DNA of 64,000 nt, taken from positions 224,001 to 288,000 of the forward strand of contig CBDCVK010000010.1 in the NCBI GenBank assembly GCA_965223005.1, read 5' to 3'. A program made the position numbers and the translations under genes. This DNA is from Terriglobia bacterium (GTDB lineage: Bacteria; Acidobacteriota; Terriglobia; JAJPHL01; JAPKYU01). The number at the start of each line of letters is the position of its first letter. The first letter of the stretch is position 1. The notes beneath the pieces were generated by a model. It saw only the letters and a program-made list of their open reading frames with translations. It was not told where the DNA came from and made no database searches. This document shows positions 43,146 to 51,675 of the stretch, piece after piece.

Positions 43146-43565
43146 CTACACCCACCCAAGCTCCTTCATCGCAAGCCCCGAATTCCAAATCTTTGTCATG
43201 TGACTGAGCTTGTCGCCCTCGAAGAACATCACGTACACGTAGTCAGTCTTGACGCTCTTGCCGGTAGGCGGACACGGTCCGCCCTCGCCCGTATGCGTCG
43301 CCGAGAAAACAGCGTAGGCCGAAACGTTCTTGCGCTCGGCGTCAACGGCCCACGACTTGAGGTCGTAGCGTGCGTCGGGCATAAACCCGACCAGCGCCTT
43401 CATCCAATCGGCGTAGGCGGCAAGAGTCGTGATGCCGGCTAAAGGCTCGGCCTGAGCCGAGAAAGACGCATCCGGCTTGCAGTAGGGCGCGCACGTTTGC
43501 CAACCCTTTCCGGCCTCACAGGCCTCAAAAAAACCTCGCGCAGTTTGTTCCATAGAATGTGACAT
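43146..43565 (-). CDS. SnoaL/NTF2-like protein (ester cyclase family)
   Basis: FFEACE.GKGW, THTGEGGP.PPTGK, MTKIWN; RBS-like GGGGGA. Confidence 0.8.
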   Translation of the reverse strand: MSHSMEQTARGFFEACEAGKGWQTCAPYCKPDASFSAQAEPLAGITTLAAYADWMKALVGFMPDARYDLKSWAVDAERKNVSAYAVFSATHTGEGGPCPPTGKSVKTDYVYVMFFEGDKLSHMTKIWNSGLAMKELGWV

Positions 43566-43860
43566 TGAATCCCCCCGGTGGCTTCAGCCGAGATTTCCTT
43601 TTTGGCCTTCCGGCGAGTGAAAATATACACTCATTTGCGTCCCACCGAGTACGATTGTTTCTCCGAGAGGGCCATCGGCTCAGAACCGCCCTTCCAGTTA
43701 AAGGTGGGAATCACCGGCGCTTCTCGTGGAAGAAGGGATTGACCTGGCGAGATCCAAAACTCTCCGGCATGCCTGACGGCCGGCTCATGATGGTCGCCGG
43801 CGGCGCAGTTTACGACGCAACCCGTCATCACACAGGATTCGTTTTACACGGGCAAGAACT

Positions 43861-44721
43861 CTAGTTTGGTTCATCCCCGGTCGCGACATCATGGTCCTGC
43901 TCCCCGCCGGCAGCCGAAGCAGGGGCCAGCGCAAGCTGCGCTCCCGATTTGATGAGGCCGCCTTCGCCAGGGCCCTGGAAGAAACTGAATCCGTGACGGC
44001 CATTCCAAGCGAACGGACCGCCCAGCTTCTTGCCGGCTGCTAGAGTAGCGTCGTGGATTTTGGTGACTAACGCCTTGTACCTTGGGTCGCTCCGTTCCCA
44101 TCCTGTGAAGCTGCCCAGGTCGCCGCTCGCGGCGAAGATCACGTCGACGCCCGGAACCGCGGCGATCTTATCCACGATCGCAACACCGTCTGGCGATTCA
44201 ATCATGATCACGATCATGATGTTGTCGTTGGCGGTCTCACGGTAGTCCTTTCCCCAGACCGCAGCGTACTGACCACCACCGTGGCTGCGGCGCCCCAGGG
44301 GCGGGTACTTCGCATACTTGACCGCATCCTGAGCCTCTTCGACGGTGTGAACCATGGGAACGACGATCCCCAGAGCGCCGATGTCGGTCGCTTTCTGGAT
44401 GTCGCCTTCGGTGGCGTCCGGCACGCGAATGGAAGGAATGGCCGGAGCGTCCTTACAGGCCCAGATCATCTTGGCCACGTCGTTATACGTCAGCGGGCTG
44501 TGCTGCATCTCGATCCAAAGGAAATCGAAACCGGCGTTGGCCATGGCGCAATAGATGTTCGGGTCTGACGTGGAAACGGTGCCGCCAATAACGGGCTTGC
44601 CTTCCATCAGCTTCTGCTTCGCCGTGTTGTACATTCGCACCTGCGCTCGTACAGCCGATGGAATCACCAAGGACAGCATCATGCAGACCACAGTGGATAA
44701 GAGGACTCGTCTTCTAGTCAT
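43861..44721 (-). CDS. HpcH/HpaI aldolase/citrate lyase family protein with signal peptide
   Basis: DFLWIEMQHSP, IRVP, GIVVPMV, YPPLGRRS, MIES; N-terminal MTRRRVLL...AVRA signal. Confidence 0.85.
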   Translation of the reverse strand: MTRRRVLLSTVVCMMLSLVIPSAVRAQVRMYNTAKQKLMEGKPVIGGTVSTSDPNIYCAMANAGFDFLWIEMQHSPLTYNDVAKMIWACKDAPAIPSIRVPDATEGDIQKATDIGALGIVVPMVHTVEEAQDAVKYAKYPPLGRRSHGGGQYAAVWGKDYRETANDNIMIVIMIESPDGVAIVDKIAAVPGVDVIFAASGDLGSFTGWERSDPRYKALVTKIHDATLAAGKKLGGPFAWNGRHGFSFFQGPGEGGLIKSGAQLALAPASAAGGEQDHDVATGDEPN

Positions 44722-45003
44722 GAACCTCTCCTTTGTTCGTGAGACGATGTTGTCAAACATTAGGCTTGGCTAGAACTTGGACCGTTCCAGGACACTGCGA
44801 TCCCCCCATCCTGGGTGGAGGTCCTCCAGTCGGACGTCGACCCTGCCAATATACATTTGAAACTAGTAGGGCGCTTGAACTATTCCCTGATGTTGTCGAG
44901 ACGCCATCAGGCCGGCAACTGCCTCATCCAAAAGTCGCGGATGTGATACAAGACCCTCGGTGACAGGTAGAGCAATCGACTGAGGAAGAGGAACTGGAGG
45001 CTA

Positions 45004-45967
45004 ATGCAAGAAGCCGGGCAATTCCTTCTTGAGCATGGCTACGCGGTCCTGTTCGCCCTGGTGTTCGCCGAGCAGATCGGCCTCCCCCTGCCTGCTATTC
45101 CCATCCTGCTGGCGACGGGGGCGATGGCCAGCACGGGCCATTTCTCTTTCACCCTGGCGCTGTTGGTGGCTGGTCTGGCTGCAGTGCTGGCCGACTGGAT
45201 CTGGTACCAGCTGGGCCGCCGCCGCGGCCACTCGGTCCTGAACCTGCTTTGCAGGATCTCCCTGGAGCCTGATTCCTGTGTGCGCCGCACGGAAGACGTC
45301 TTTGCCCGGCACGGCGCCCGCGCTCTGCTGTTTGCCAAGTTTGTTCCCGGCCTGAACGTTGTGGCGCCCCCGCTGGCTGGCATGCTGCGCATGCGCTTGG
45401 GGCGCTTTCTGGTATTCGACGGCCTCGGAGCGCTCTTCTGGGCGGGAGCGTTTGCTGGAGCAGGCTTTCTATTCGCCTCGCAGCTCGAGCGAGCGGCAGC
45501 CCAGGCTGCGCGGCTGGGGGCGTGGCTGCTTGTCCTGCTCCTTGCCGCGCTGGCCGGCTTCCTGGGTTGGAAGTACGCGCAGCGCCAGCGTTTTCTCCGC
45601 CAACTCCTCATCGCCCGCATCCACCCAAAAGAACTGATGGAGAAGCTGGAAGCCGGGGGGGGAGATGGTCATCGTGGACCTGCGCCACTTGATCACGTTT
45701 GAGGCGGACGGCGAAAAAGTGCCCGGCGCCCTGCACCTGCCACCCGAGCAACTGGATGCCCGCCACCAGGAGATCCCCCGGGACCGGGACGTGGTTCTCT
45801 ACTGCACGTGACCCAACGAAGCCACCAGCGCCCGGGTGGCGCTGCTGCTTCGTCGCCGGGGCATCTCACGGGTCCGTCCGCTGACCGGGGGCTTCGATGC
45901 CTGGCGCGCCGCAGGCTTTCCTCTGGAATCTGTAGCATCGCCTGGCGTTGCCAGTACAGCGCGATGA
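45004..45967 (+). CDS. DedA/VTT + rhodanese fusion, probable selenoprotein; +1 frameshift in a G8 tract as sequenced
   Basis: DedA motifs (EQIGLPLP, LFAKFVPG); after G8 at 45655-45662 the frame reads VIVDLR...PGA...VVLYCT-TGA-PNEATSARVA...RPLTGGFDAW to stop at 45965-67. Confidence 0.85.
45812..45853 (+). promoter_or_regulatory. Bacterial SECIS-like hairpin
   Basis: ACGAAGC-CAC-CAGCGCC-[CGGGT]-GGCGCTG-CT-GCTTCGT immediately after UGA 45809-11; loop begins 21 nt after the codon. Confidence 0.8.
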
Positions 45968-46033
45968 CTGACCCGGCGGATCGCACCTTGACCCTAAGTG
46001 AAAGTGCAGATAGACTTAGAAGAAGGAGATTGT

Positions 46034-46573
46034 ATGTTGAGGCGCTGCACACTGTTGCTGGTGCTGGGTTTAGTCGTGGCTGTCACGCCGCTGACGGCCC
46101 AACTCCGCATCGGTGCGCGTCACGGCGGGCATCGCTTTCACAGCAGCTTCAGAGGAGGCTTCGGTTTCGCCTCCCACCGCAGCTTTTTTGCGCCTCGCTT
46201 CTTCGGCTCCGGGCTGTACCCGTACCACTTCGGATTCGGAGGCATTTCCCCACGGTTTGCTTATGGGGTGCCGATGGCCCGGCGCCCGCAGTATCGGGTA
46301 TGGGTTTTGGGCGCGACGCACGACTGGCGGTACTGGGACCCCACCTCTGGGATCGTCGAGGGGCCGCTGGTGGACAGCTCCGCGCATCAGGCCACCGGCG
46401 AAAGCGTTCCGCAGCCCTTCCTGGACAGCCGCGTCATCGGCATGGGGATCCCGCAGTGGGCACTCGGGAACCAGGAACCGTTGGGGAATGTGGCGCGGCG
46501 CCACCGGGCGCTGGCCGAGCGGACCCGCTCCGCCAGACCTCTGCTTGCCGCGCATCGCATCGAGCGGCCCTAG
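46034..46573 (+). CDS. Secreted Gly/Phe/His-rich hypothetical protein
   Basis: RBS AAGGAG, signal peptide, low-complexity N-terminal half, C-terminal PLGNVARR. Confidence 0.6.
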   Translation: MLRRCTLLLVLGLVVAVTPLTAQLRIGARHGGHRFHSSFRGGFGFASHRSFFAPRFFGSGLYPYHFGFGGISPRFAYGVPMARRPQYRVWVLGATHDWRYWDPTSGIVEGPLVDSSAHQATGESVPQPFLDSRVIGMGIPQWALGNQEPLGNVARRHRALAERTRSARPLLAAHRIERP

Positions 46574-46749
46574 CCGGCGACAGACCAAGCTTCCTCTAAT
46601 TGCTCAGCTCCGGTGATTGCTCAGTACCTCTGATTTCTCAACTGCGGGCTCCTCTTCATCCCAAGAGCCAACAGAAGCAGCAATGTCAGGAATTGCCTTT
46701 CCGAAGTGAGCACATTTCGCGTACGAGCTTACTGCCGGGCTCAGCTCGT

Positions 46750-47628
46750 TCAGACGTAATCGGAGCAGGACATGTAGTAGCTGCAGCGGGAGCAGACCAG
46801 TTTGCATTTCTGCTCCACGAGGGGCGTACCGCAGTTGGGGCAAAACTTGGAGGGGGAAGCTTCCTCAGAATGCGCTTTCGAGTTCACGTGTTGCAGTGGC
46901 TTGGCGCCGGTGTGGGCGATGAGGCAAGTGGGTTTGCCTTTGGTGTCGCGGGCTTGCGACAGAGCGTCCAATAATTGCCGCATGTCGTGCCCATCCGCTA
47001 TGAGCGTCTGCCAGTTGAGGGACTTCCACTTGGGCTCCATTGGCTCGAGCTCCAGCAGTTTCTTGACCCGTTTGTCGAGCTGCGGGTAGTCGTAATCCAC
47101 AATGACGCACAGATGGTCGGCTTTGTGGAAGCTGCCCCACATGGCGGACTCCCAAAACTGGTCCTCCAGAATGTCCTGGTTGCCAAGCAGGACGTAGACA
47201 CGATAGTCCACCTGCTCGAGCCGCCCGGCTAGCGCCGCACCCAGCCCTAGCGACAGCCCATCGCCCAACGCCGCGCTGGAGGCTTCCAGCACCGGCAGCA
47301 TGTGCTTGTCGAGAGGGTGCGGAAGCCGGCTGCCAGCCTTGCACAAGCTCGGCAGCAAATCGCGAGGCAGGTAGCCAGCTTCGACATAGGCGCAGTAGAA
47401 AAGGGGCGCGCCGTGCCCTTTGCTCAAGAACAGGCGGTCGCGTTTCTCCCAGCCTGGCCGAGCCGGGTCGTGGCGCAGATGGTTGAAGAATAGGGCGGTC
47501 AGGATTTCGGTAGCCGACAGATGGGAGCTCGGCTGGTCGGAACCAGCCTCGGCGATCGTCCCGAGCAAGGCTTGCCGGATTCGGTTGGCGAGCTGCTCCA
47601 GCTCGACAATGTCTTCAATCTTCTTCAC
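46750..47628 (-). CDS. Transketolase N-terminal-like domain (degenerate) fused to a C-terminal Zn-ribbon
   Basis: RDRLFLSKGH, DGHD, GKPTCLIAHT; C-terminus CPNC-x7-C-x3-CSRC-x4-C. Confidence 0.8.
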   Translation of the reverse strand: MKKIEDIVELEQLANRIRQALLGTIAEAGSDQPSSHLSATEILTALFFNHLRHDPARPGWEKRDRLFLSKGHGAPLFYCAYVEAGYLPRDLLPSLCKAGSRLPHPLDKHMLPVLEASSAALGDGLSLGLGAALAGRLEQVDYRVYVLLGNQDILEDQFWESAMWGSFHKADHLCVIVDYDYPQLDKRVKKLLELEPMEPKWKSLNWQTLIADGHDMRQLLDALSQARDTKGKPTCLIAHTGAKPLQHVNSKAHSEEASPSKFCPNCGTPLVEQKCKLVCSRCSYYMSCSDYV

Positions 47629-47761
47629 TGAAACCCAGGTGGGTAATGTAGCACAAGCTTTGCGCGCGAACCGGAGCGGTCGCGCCTGCGTAGGTCAGGC
47701 GCATTGCTGCGACCTCTGAGTGACCACTTGAAGGGGAAAACGGCAAGTCTCGCTGGCAATT

Positions 47762-48085
47762 TCAATAGAAGGTGATTTTTCCGTCGGCGACGTTGGCCAT
47801 GTAGTGGTCCCCCTCCAGGAACTTCATGATGCGGGCGCCGTGGCGGGCCCTCTGGGCCCAGAGCGATGTGGTACGCGGATTTTGCTCCACTCCCACCAGT
47901 TGCCGCCCCGCCACGATGAATTGCACCTGACGCAGGCGCTTGCTGCTTGTCTTGGTCACCGGATAGGCCCCGGCCCCCAGTTCCACCCGGTCCTTGCTGT
48001 CCACCATCACCTGGTGCCAGATGGAAACCAGTGCATCGGTCAGCAAATTACTTCGCGGTTCTGATGGGCCAGCGTCGTTTTCCAT
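47762..48085 (-). CDS. Small conserved hypothetical protein
   Basis: Coherent 107-aa ORF (GVEQNPRTTSLWA); TATAAT upstream on the minus strand. Confidence 0.55.
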   Translation of the reverse strand: MENDAGPSEPRSNLLTDALVSIWHQVMVDSKDRVELGAGAYPVTKTSSKRLRQVQFIVAGRQLVGVEQNPRTTSLWAQRARHGARIMKFLEGDHYMANVADGKITFY

Positions 48086-48352
48086 ACCCAGTCAGTTGTC
48101 CAAGCCGGGTCATTATACCCCCATCATACTCTCATCCGGCGGATCAGGCAGGATCACCAGGCGGCCAGCGGCACCAAAGCCCAAGGCTCCTGGCGGCAAG
48201 GGCGATTGGGAGTATATAGAGGGCGATGCGGACAACCGCCCTGCGAGGAAAGTCCTGCCCCCCGCAGGGGGATCACATGTTTGCGTGCGCGGCTCTGCAA
48301 TTCGGACAGCATGCAGAGCCGCGCGTGTCAGGGAGAGTTCAGTTCAGGCGAC

Positions 48353-48898
48353 TTAGTGCTGCGGGCGATGAGACAGCCGGCGGTTGCGCCTTCGGAAGTC
48401 GTTGTCGCGCCGGTCGTGGCGCCGCTGGTGAACCTCGCGGTGCGCTTTCTGCTGGCGGCCGTGGAATCGGCGGTGCGCCCTAGAGCCGTCCGAGCCATCG
48501 AAGTCCGAGTACCGCTCGTGAAACTCGCCATGCCTCTCACGCAGGCCTCGATGAAACTTGCGGTGGTTTAGGCGGTCCCTCCTACCGCGTTGGTCGCGAT
48601 CCACAAACACACCACGGTCGTTGAAATTGAATATGCCGCCGCCCCTCCGCTGCAGCCCAGGTGGCAACTGGCCGGTACGCTGCACGTGCCGCGCCAGCCC
48701 CGGAGGCAAATTGCCGCCGCGCTTGGCCAACCCGGGCGGCAGGCCAACGCCACGCCCGCGGCCGTTGCGGAAAGCGCCATCTCCAAAACGACCTCTTCGG
48801 CCCCGTCGCTCTCCTTTGTGGTCGGCCATCAGGGAAGTGACCCCGAGGCCCGCCACCAGCATTGCCAACAACCCGGCTAACAACCCGCTTCGTTTCAT
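48353..48898 (-). CDS. Secreted LPPGL-repeat His/Arg-rich protein
   Basis: RBS AAGGAGG, signal peptide, three LPPGL motifs. Confidence 0.65.
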   Translation of the reverse strand: MKRSGLLAGLLAMLVAGLGVTSLMADHKGERRGRRGRFGDGAFRNGRGRGVGLPPGLAKRGGNLPPGLARHVQRTGQLPPGLQRRGGGIFNFNDRGVFVDRDQRGRRDRLNHRKFHRGLRERHGEFHERYSDFDGSDGSRAHRRFHGRQQKAHREVHQRRHDRRDNDFRRRNRRLSHRPQH

Positions 48899-49067
48899 AC
48901 TCCCTCCTTGTCCCCGCACAGCCGCCTATTCAGCGATTTGGACGAATCCGGGCACAAGACCGTTACGGGCAATATGCTCGACCAGGTAAAACAGGGGAGG
49001 TGCCAGGATTCAGAGGCCCCGTATCTCATTAGGTTTCCTGCGCAACTGAGCTTAGAATTAGTGCTAG

Positions 49068-50560
49068 CAGCCCGTGTCTAAAATCGCCAGATGGGGAAGA
49101 AACATGTTACTTCGGAAATGTTCTTACTTACAATCGGGCCATGGCCATGGGAACGCGCAAGCATCGTCAGCGACAAGAGCCGCTGTGGTATCGGGCAGAG
49201 TTGGCCGAGGCGCCCGGACACCCGTTCTACCGGCGGCTGCACCAACTGTTGGAGGAAGCCGATTTTGATCGATTCTGCGAGAGTCGGTGCCGGCAGTTCT
49301 ACCACGAGCGGCTGGGCCGACCGTCGTTGCCGCCGGGGATGTACTTCCGGTTGATGCTGATCGGCTTCTTCGAGGGGATCGACAGCGAGCGAGGCATCGC
49401 CTGGCGGGTGGCCGATTCCTTGAGTTTGCGGCAGTTTTTGCAGATTGGGCTGGATGAACAGACGCCGGATCATGTGACGATCTCGCGCACGCGGCGGCTG
49501 ATGGACGAGCCGACGCACCAGGAAGTGTTTGGATGGGTGCTGCGGCTGGTGGCCGAACGGGGCCTGCTGAAGGGCAAGACGATCGGCATTGACGCCACCA
49601 CGCTGGAAGCCAACGCGGCCATGAGGTCGATCATGCGGCGGGACAGCGGGGAAAGCTATACGGAGTACCTGAAGCGGTTGGCGGAGGCCGAAGGGATCGA
49701 AGCCCAGGATGCAGCGGCGCTGCGGAGGATGGACCGCTGCCGACCGAAGAAGATGTCCAATGCGAAGTGGGTGAACCCACATGATCGGGAAGCGGAGATC
49801 ACCCGGATGAAGGACGGGCGCACGGCACTGGCTTACAAGGCCGAGCATGCGGTGGACATGGAGACTGGGGCGATTGTGGCGCTGACGGCGCACGGGGGAG
49901 CGACCGGCGACACGGAATCGGTTCAGCAGACCCTGCCGGCGGCCGGCGCGGCGGTGGGCGAGCAGATCGCGACACCCACGGCCGAAGGGGAGTTTGTGGT
50001 GAACGCAGACGGGGTGGAAGAGGTGGTGGCCGACAAGGGGTATCACAGTGGGGAAGTGCTGGCAGAGATGCAGGCGATGGAGGTGCGGACCTACATTGCG
50101 GAGCCGGAGCGGGGACGGCGGCAATGGACGGGCAAGGAAGAGCAGAAGGCGGCGGTCTACCGCAATCGGCGGCGGGTGACGGGGCAGCGAGGGAAGGCGC
50201 TGCTGCGGAAACGTGGGGAGATGCTGGAGCGTCCGTTTGCGCACATGTATGAGACGGGCAGGATGAGACGCTTGTATGTCCGTGGGAAGATAAACGTGCA
50301 AAAGAAACTGTTGCTGCAGGCAGCAGCCTGCAACCTGGCGCTAGTTTTGCGCCAGCTGCTGGGGGCGGGAACCCCGCGAGGCCTGCAAGACCGCATCACC
50401 GAGCTGTTTTTGCTCGTTTTCTGGATCACTGCCACAAGAATGGCCCACCCCGAATCCCCCACGCCCCTATCCTGGTGCAACGGTCAAATTCACGGCTTTG
50501 CTCTTCACTTGCCCCGCCTGAAAAAGAGGCCGGCCCAAAGGCCGGTTTAGACACGGGCTG
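49068..50560 (+). mobile_element. IS1182-like insertion sequence, about 1.49 kb
   Basis: Perfect 15-bp terminal inverted repeats CAGCCCGTGTCTAAA/TTTAGACACGGGCTG; CTAG duplication at 49064-67 and 50561-64. Confidence 0.92.
49141..50550 (+). CDS. DDE transposase (IS1182/IS5-like)
   Basis: GRPSLPP, PDHVTISRTR, IDAT, ADKGY, ERPFAH; stop lies within the right inverted repeat. Confidence 0.92.
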   Translation: MAMGTRKHRQRQEPLWYRAELAEAPGHPFYRRLHQLLEEADFDRFCESRCRQFYHERLGRPSLPPGMYFRLMLIGFFEGIDSERGIAWRVADSLSLRQFLQIGLDEQTPDHVTISRTRRLMDEPTHQEVFGWVLRLVAERGLLKGKTIGIDATTLEANAAMRSIMRRDSGESYTEYLKRLAEAEGIEAQDAAALRRMDRCRPKKMSNAKWVNPHDREAEITRMKDGRTALAYKAEHAVDMETGAIVALTAHGGATGDTESVQQTLPAAGAAVGEQIATPTAEGEFVVNADGVEEVVADKGYHSGEVLAEMQAMEVRTYIAEPERGRRQWTGKEEQKAAVYRNRRRVTGQRGKALLRKRGEMLERPFAHMYETGRMRRLYVRGKINVQKKLLLQAAACNLALVLRQLLGAGTPRGLQDRITELFLLVFWITATRMAHPESPTPLSWCNGQIHGFALHLPRLKKRPAQRPV

Positions 50561-50571
50561 CTAGGACCAGG

Positions 50572-51675
50572 ATGCGGCGGAGTCAGACAATTTGGCTGCT
50601 GAAGAGCAGGATGCTCGCGGCAGCTCTGTTCACGCTGCTCCCGCTCTGGAGCGCGGCTCAGGGGCCCAACGCGCCGCCCAGCCCGGTACGCTACACGGAG
50701 GCTCGCGAGCATCCGGTGCGCCGGGCGATCCAGTTACCCGGCACAGTTGAGTCGCCGACCGTCAGCCTGGTGGCTGGCGAAGTTGGCGGGCTGGTGCTGG
50801 AACTGCTGGCGCGCGAGGGTGCCACCGTCAAACAAAACCAGCCACTGGCCCGACTGCGCACCACCAACCTCGAGTTGCAGCGCGACGCTGCTCAGGCGCA
50901 GCTCAAAGAGGCCGAGGCGCGCCTGAAGCTGGCTGAGCGGAACCGGGACCGCGCTCTGGAACTGTTCGAAGCCCAGTTGATCTCGCGCCAGCAGTACGAC
51001 GATTCCTTCTTCGAGTTCAACGCCTGGCAGGGAAGTGTCGAGCGGCTGACTGCTGAAATCGCCCGCATCAACGACGACATCAGCCGCTGCACCATCCGCG
51101 CACCCTTTACCGGCGTGGTGACCGCCGAACAAACCGAGGTTGGCCAATGGCTCGCCGCCGGCGACCCGGTGGTGGAAATTGTCTCGCTGGCCATGCTGGA
51201 AGTGCGCGTTGAGGCTCCGGAGCAATATTTCCCTGACATGAAGCGCGGGACCAGGGCCAGCGTTACCTTTGAGTCTCTGCCCGGTTTGCAGGTTCGTGGC
51301 CGCATCACCGCCATCATTCCTCGCGCCGACCCCCAGGCCCGCACCTTCCCCCTCAAGGTACGCATCCCGAACCGCAGGGGTCGCCTCGGCGTGGGGATGC
51401 TGGCCCAGGTATCGTTCCCGGTCGGGAAGTCCTACCGCGCCACGGTGGTCCCCAAGGACGCTGTTCTAAGGCGCGGCCCTCAGGAGCTCATCGTCCTGAT
51501 GAACGGTGACAGTACCGTCAGCATGGTCCCGGTCGAGACCGGCCAGGGCGTCGGTGACTGGGTAGAGGTCCGGGGCCCGATCGAGGCTGGCACCAAGGTT
51601 GTCACCCGAGGCAACGAGCGCCTCCGTCCGGGCCAGGTGGTACAGGGCGAACCGCTGGAGTACCGGCTACCGTGA
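50572..51675 (+). CDS. RND efflux periplasmic adaptor (MFP)
   Basis: Lipoyl/hairpin motifs, IRAPFTGVV, RTFPLKV, VVPKDAV. Confidence 0.9.
   Translation: MRRSQTIWLLKSRMLAAALFTLLPLWSAAQGPNAPPSPVRYTEAREHPVRRAIQLPGTVESPTVSLVAGEVGGLVLELLAREGATVKQNQPLARLRTTNLELQRDAAQAQLKEAEARLKLAERNRDRALELFEAQLISRQQYDDSFFEFNAWQGSVERLTAEIARINDDISRCTIRAPFTGVVTAEQTEVGQWLAAGDPVVEIVSLAMLEVRVEAPEQYFPDMKRGTRASVTFESLPGLQVRGRITAIIPRADPQARTFPLKVRIPNRRGRLGVGMLAQVSFPVGKSYRATVVPKDAVLRRGPQELIVLMNGDSTVSMVPVETGQGVGDWVEVRGPIEAGTKVVTRGNERLRPGQVVQGEPLEYRLP

Noticed and set aside
48985-49006. Sigma54 promoter (TGGCAC) upstream of the LPPGL protein on the minus strand
   Set aside because: The -12 position reads GT rather than GC
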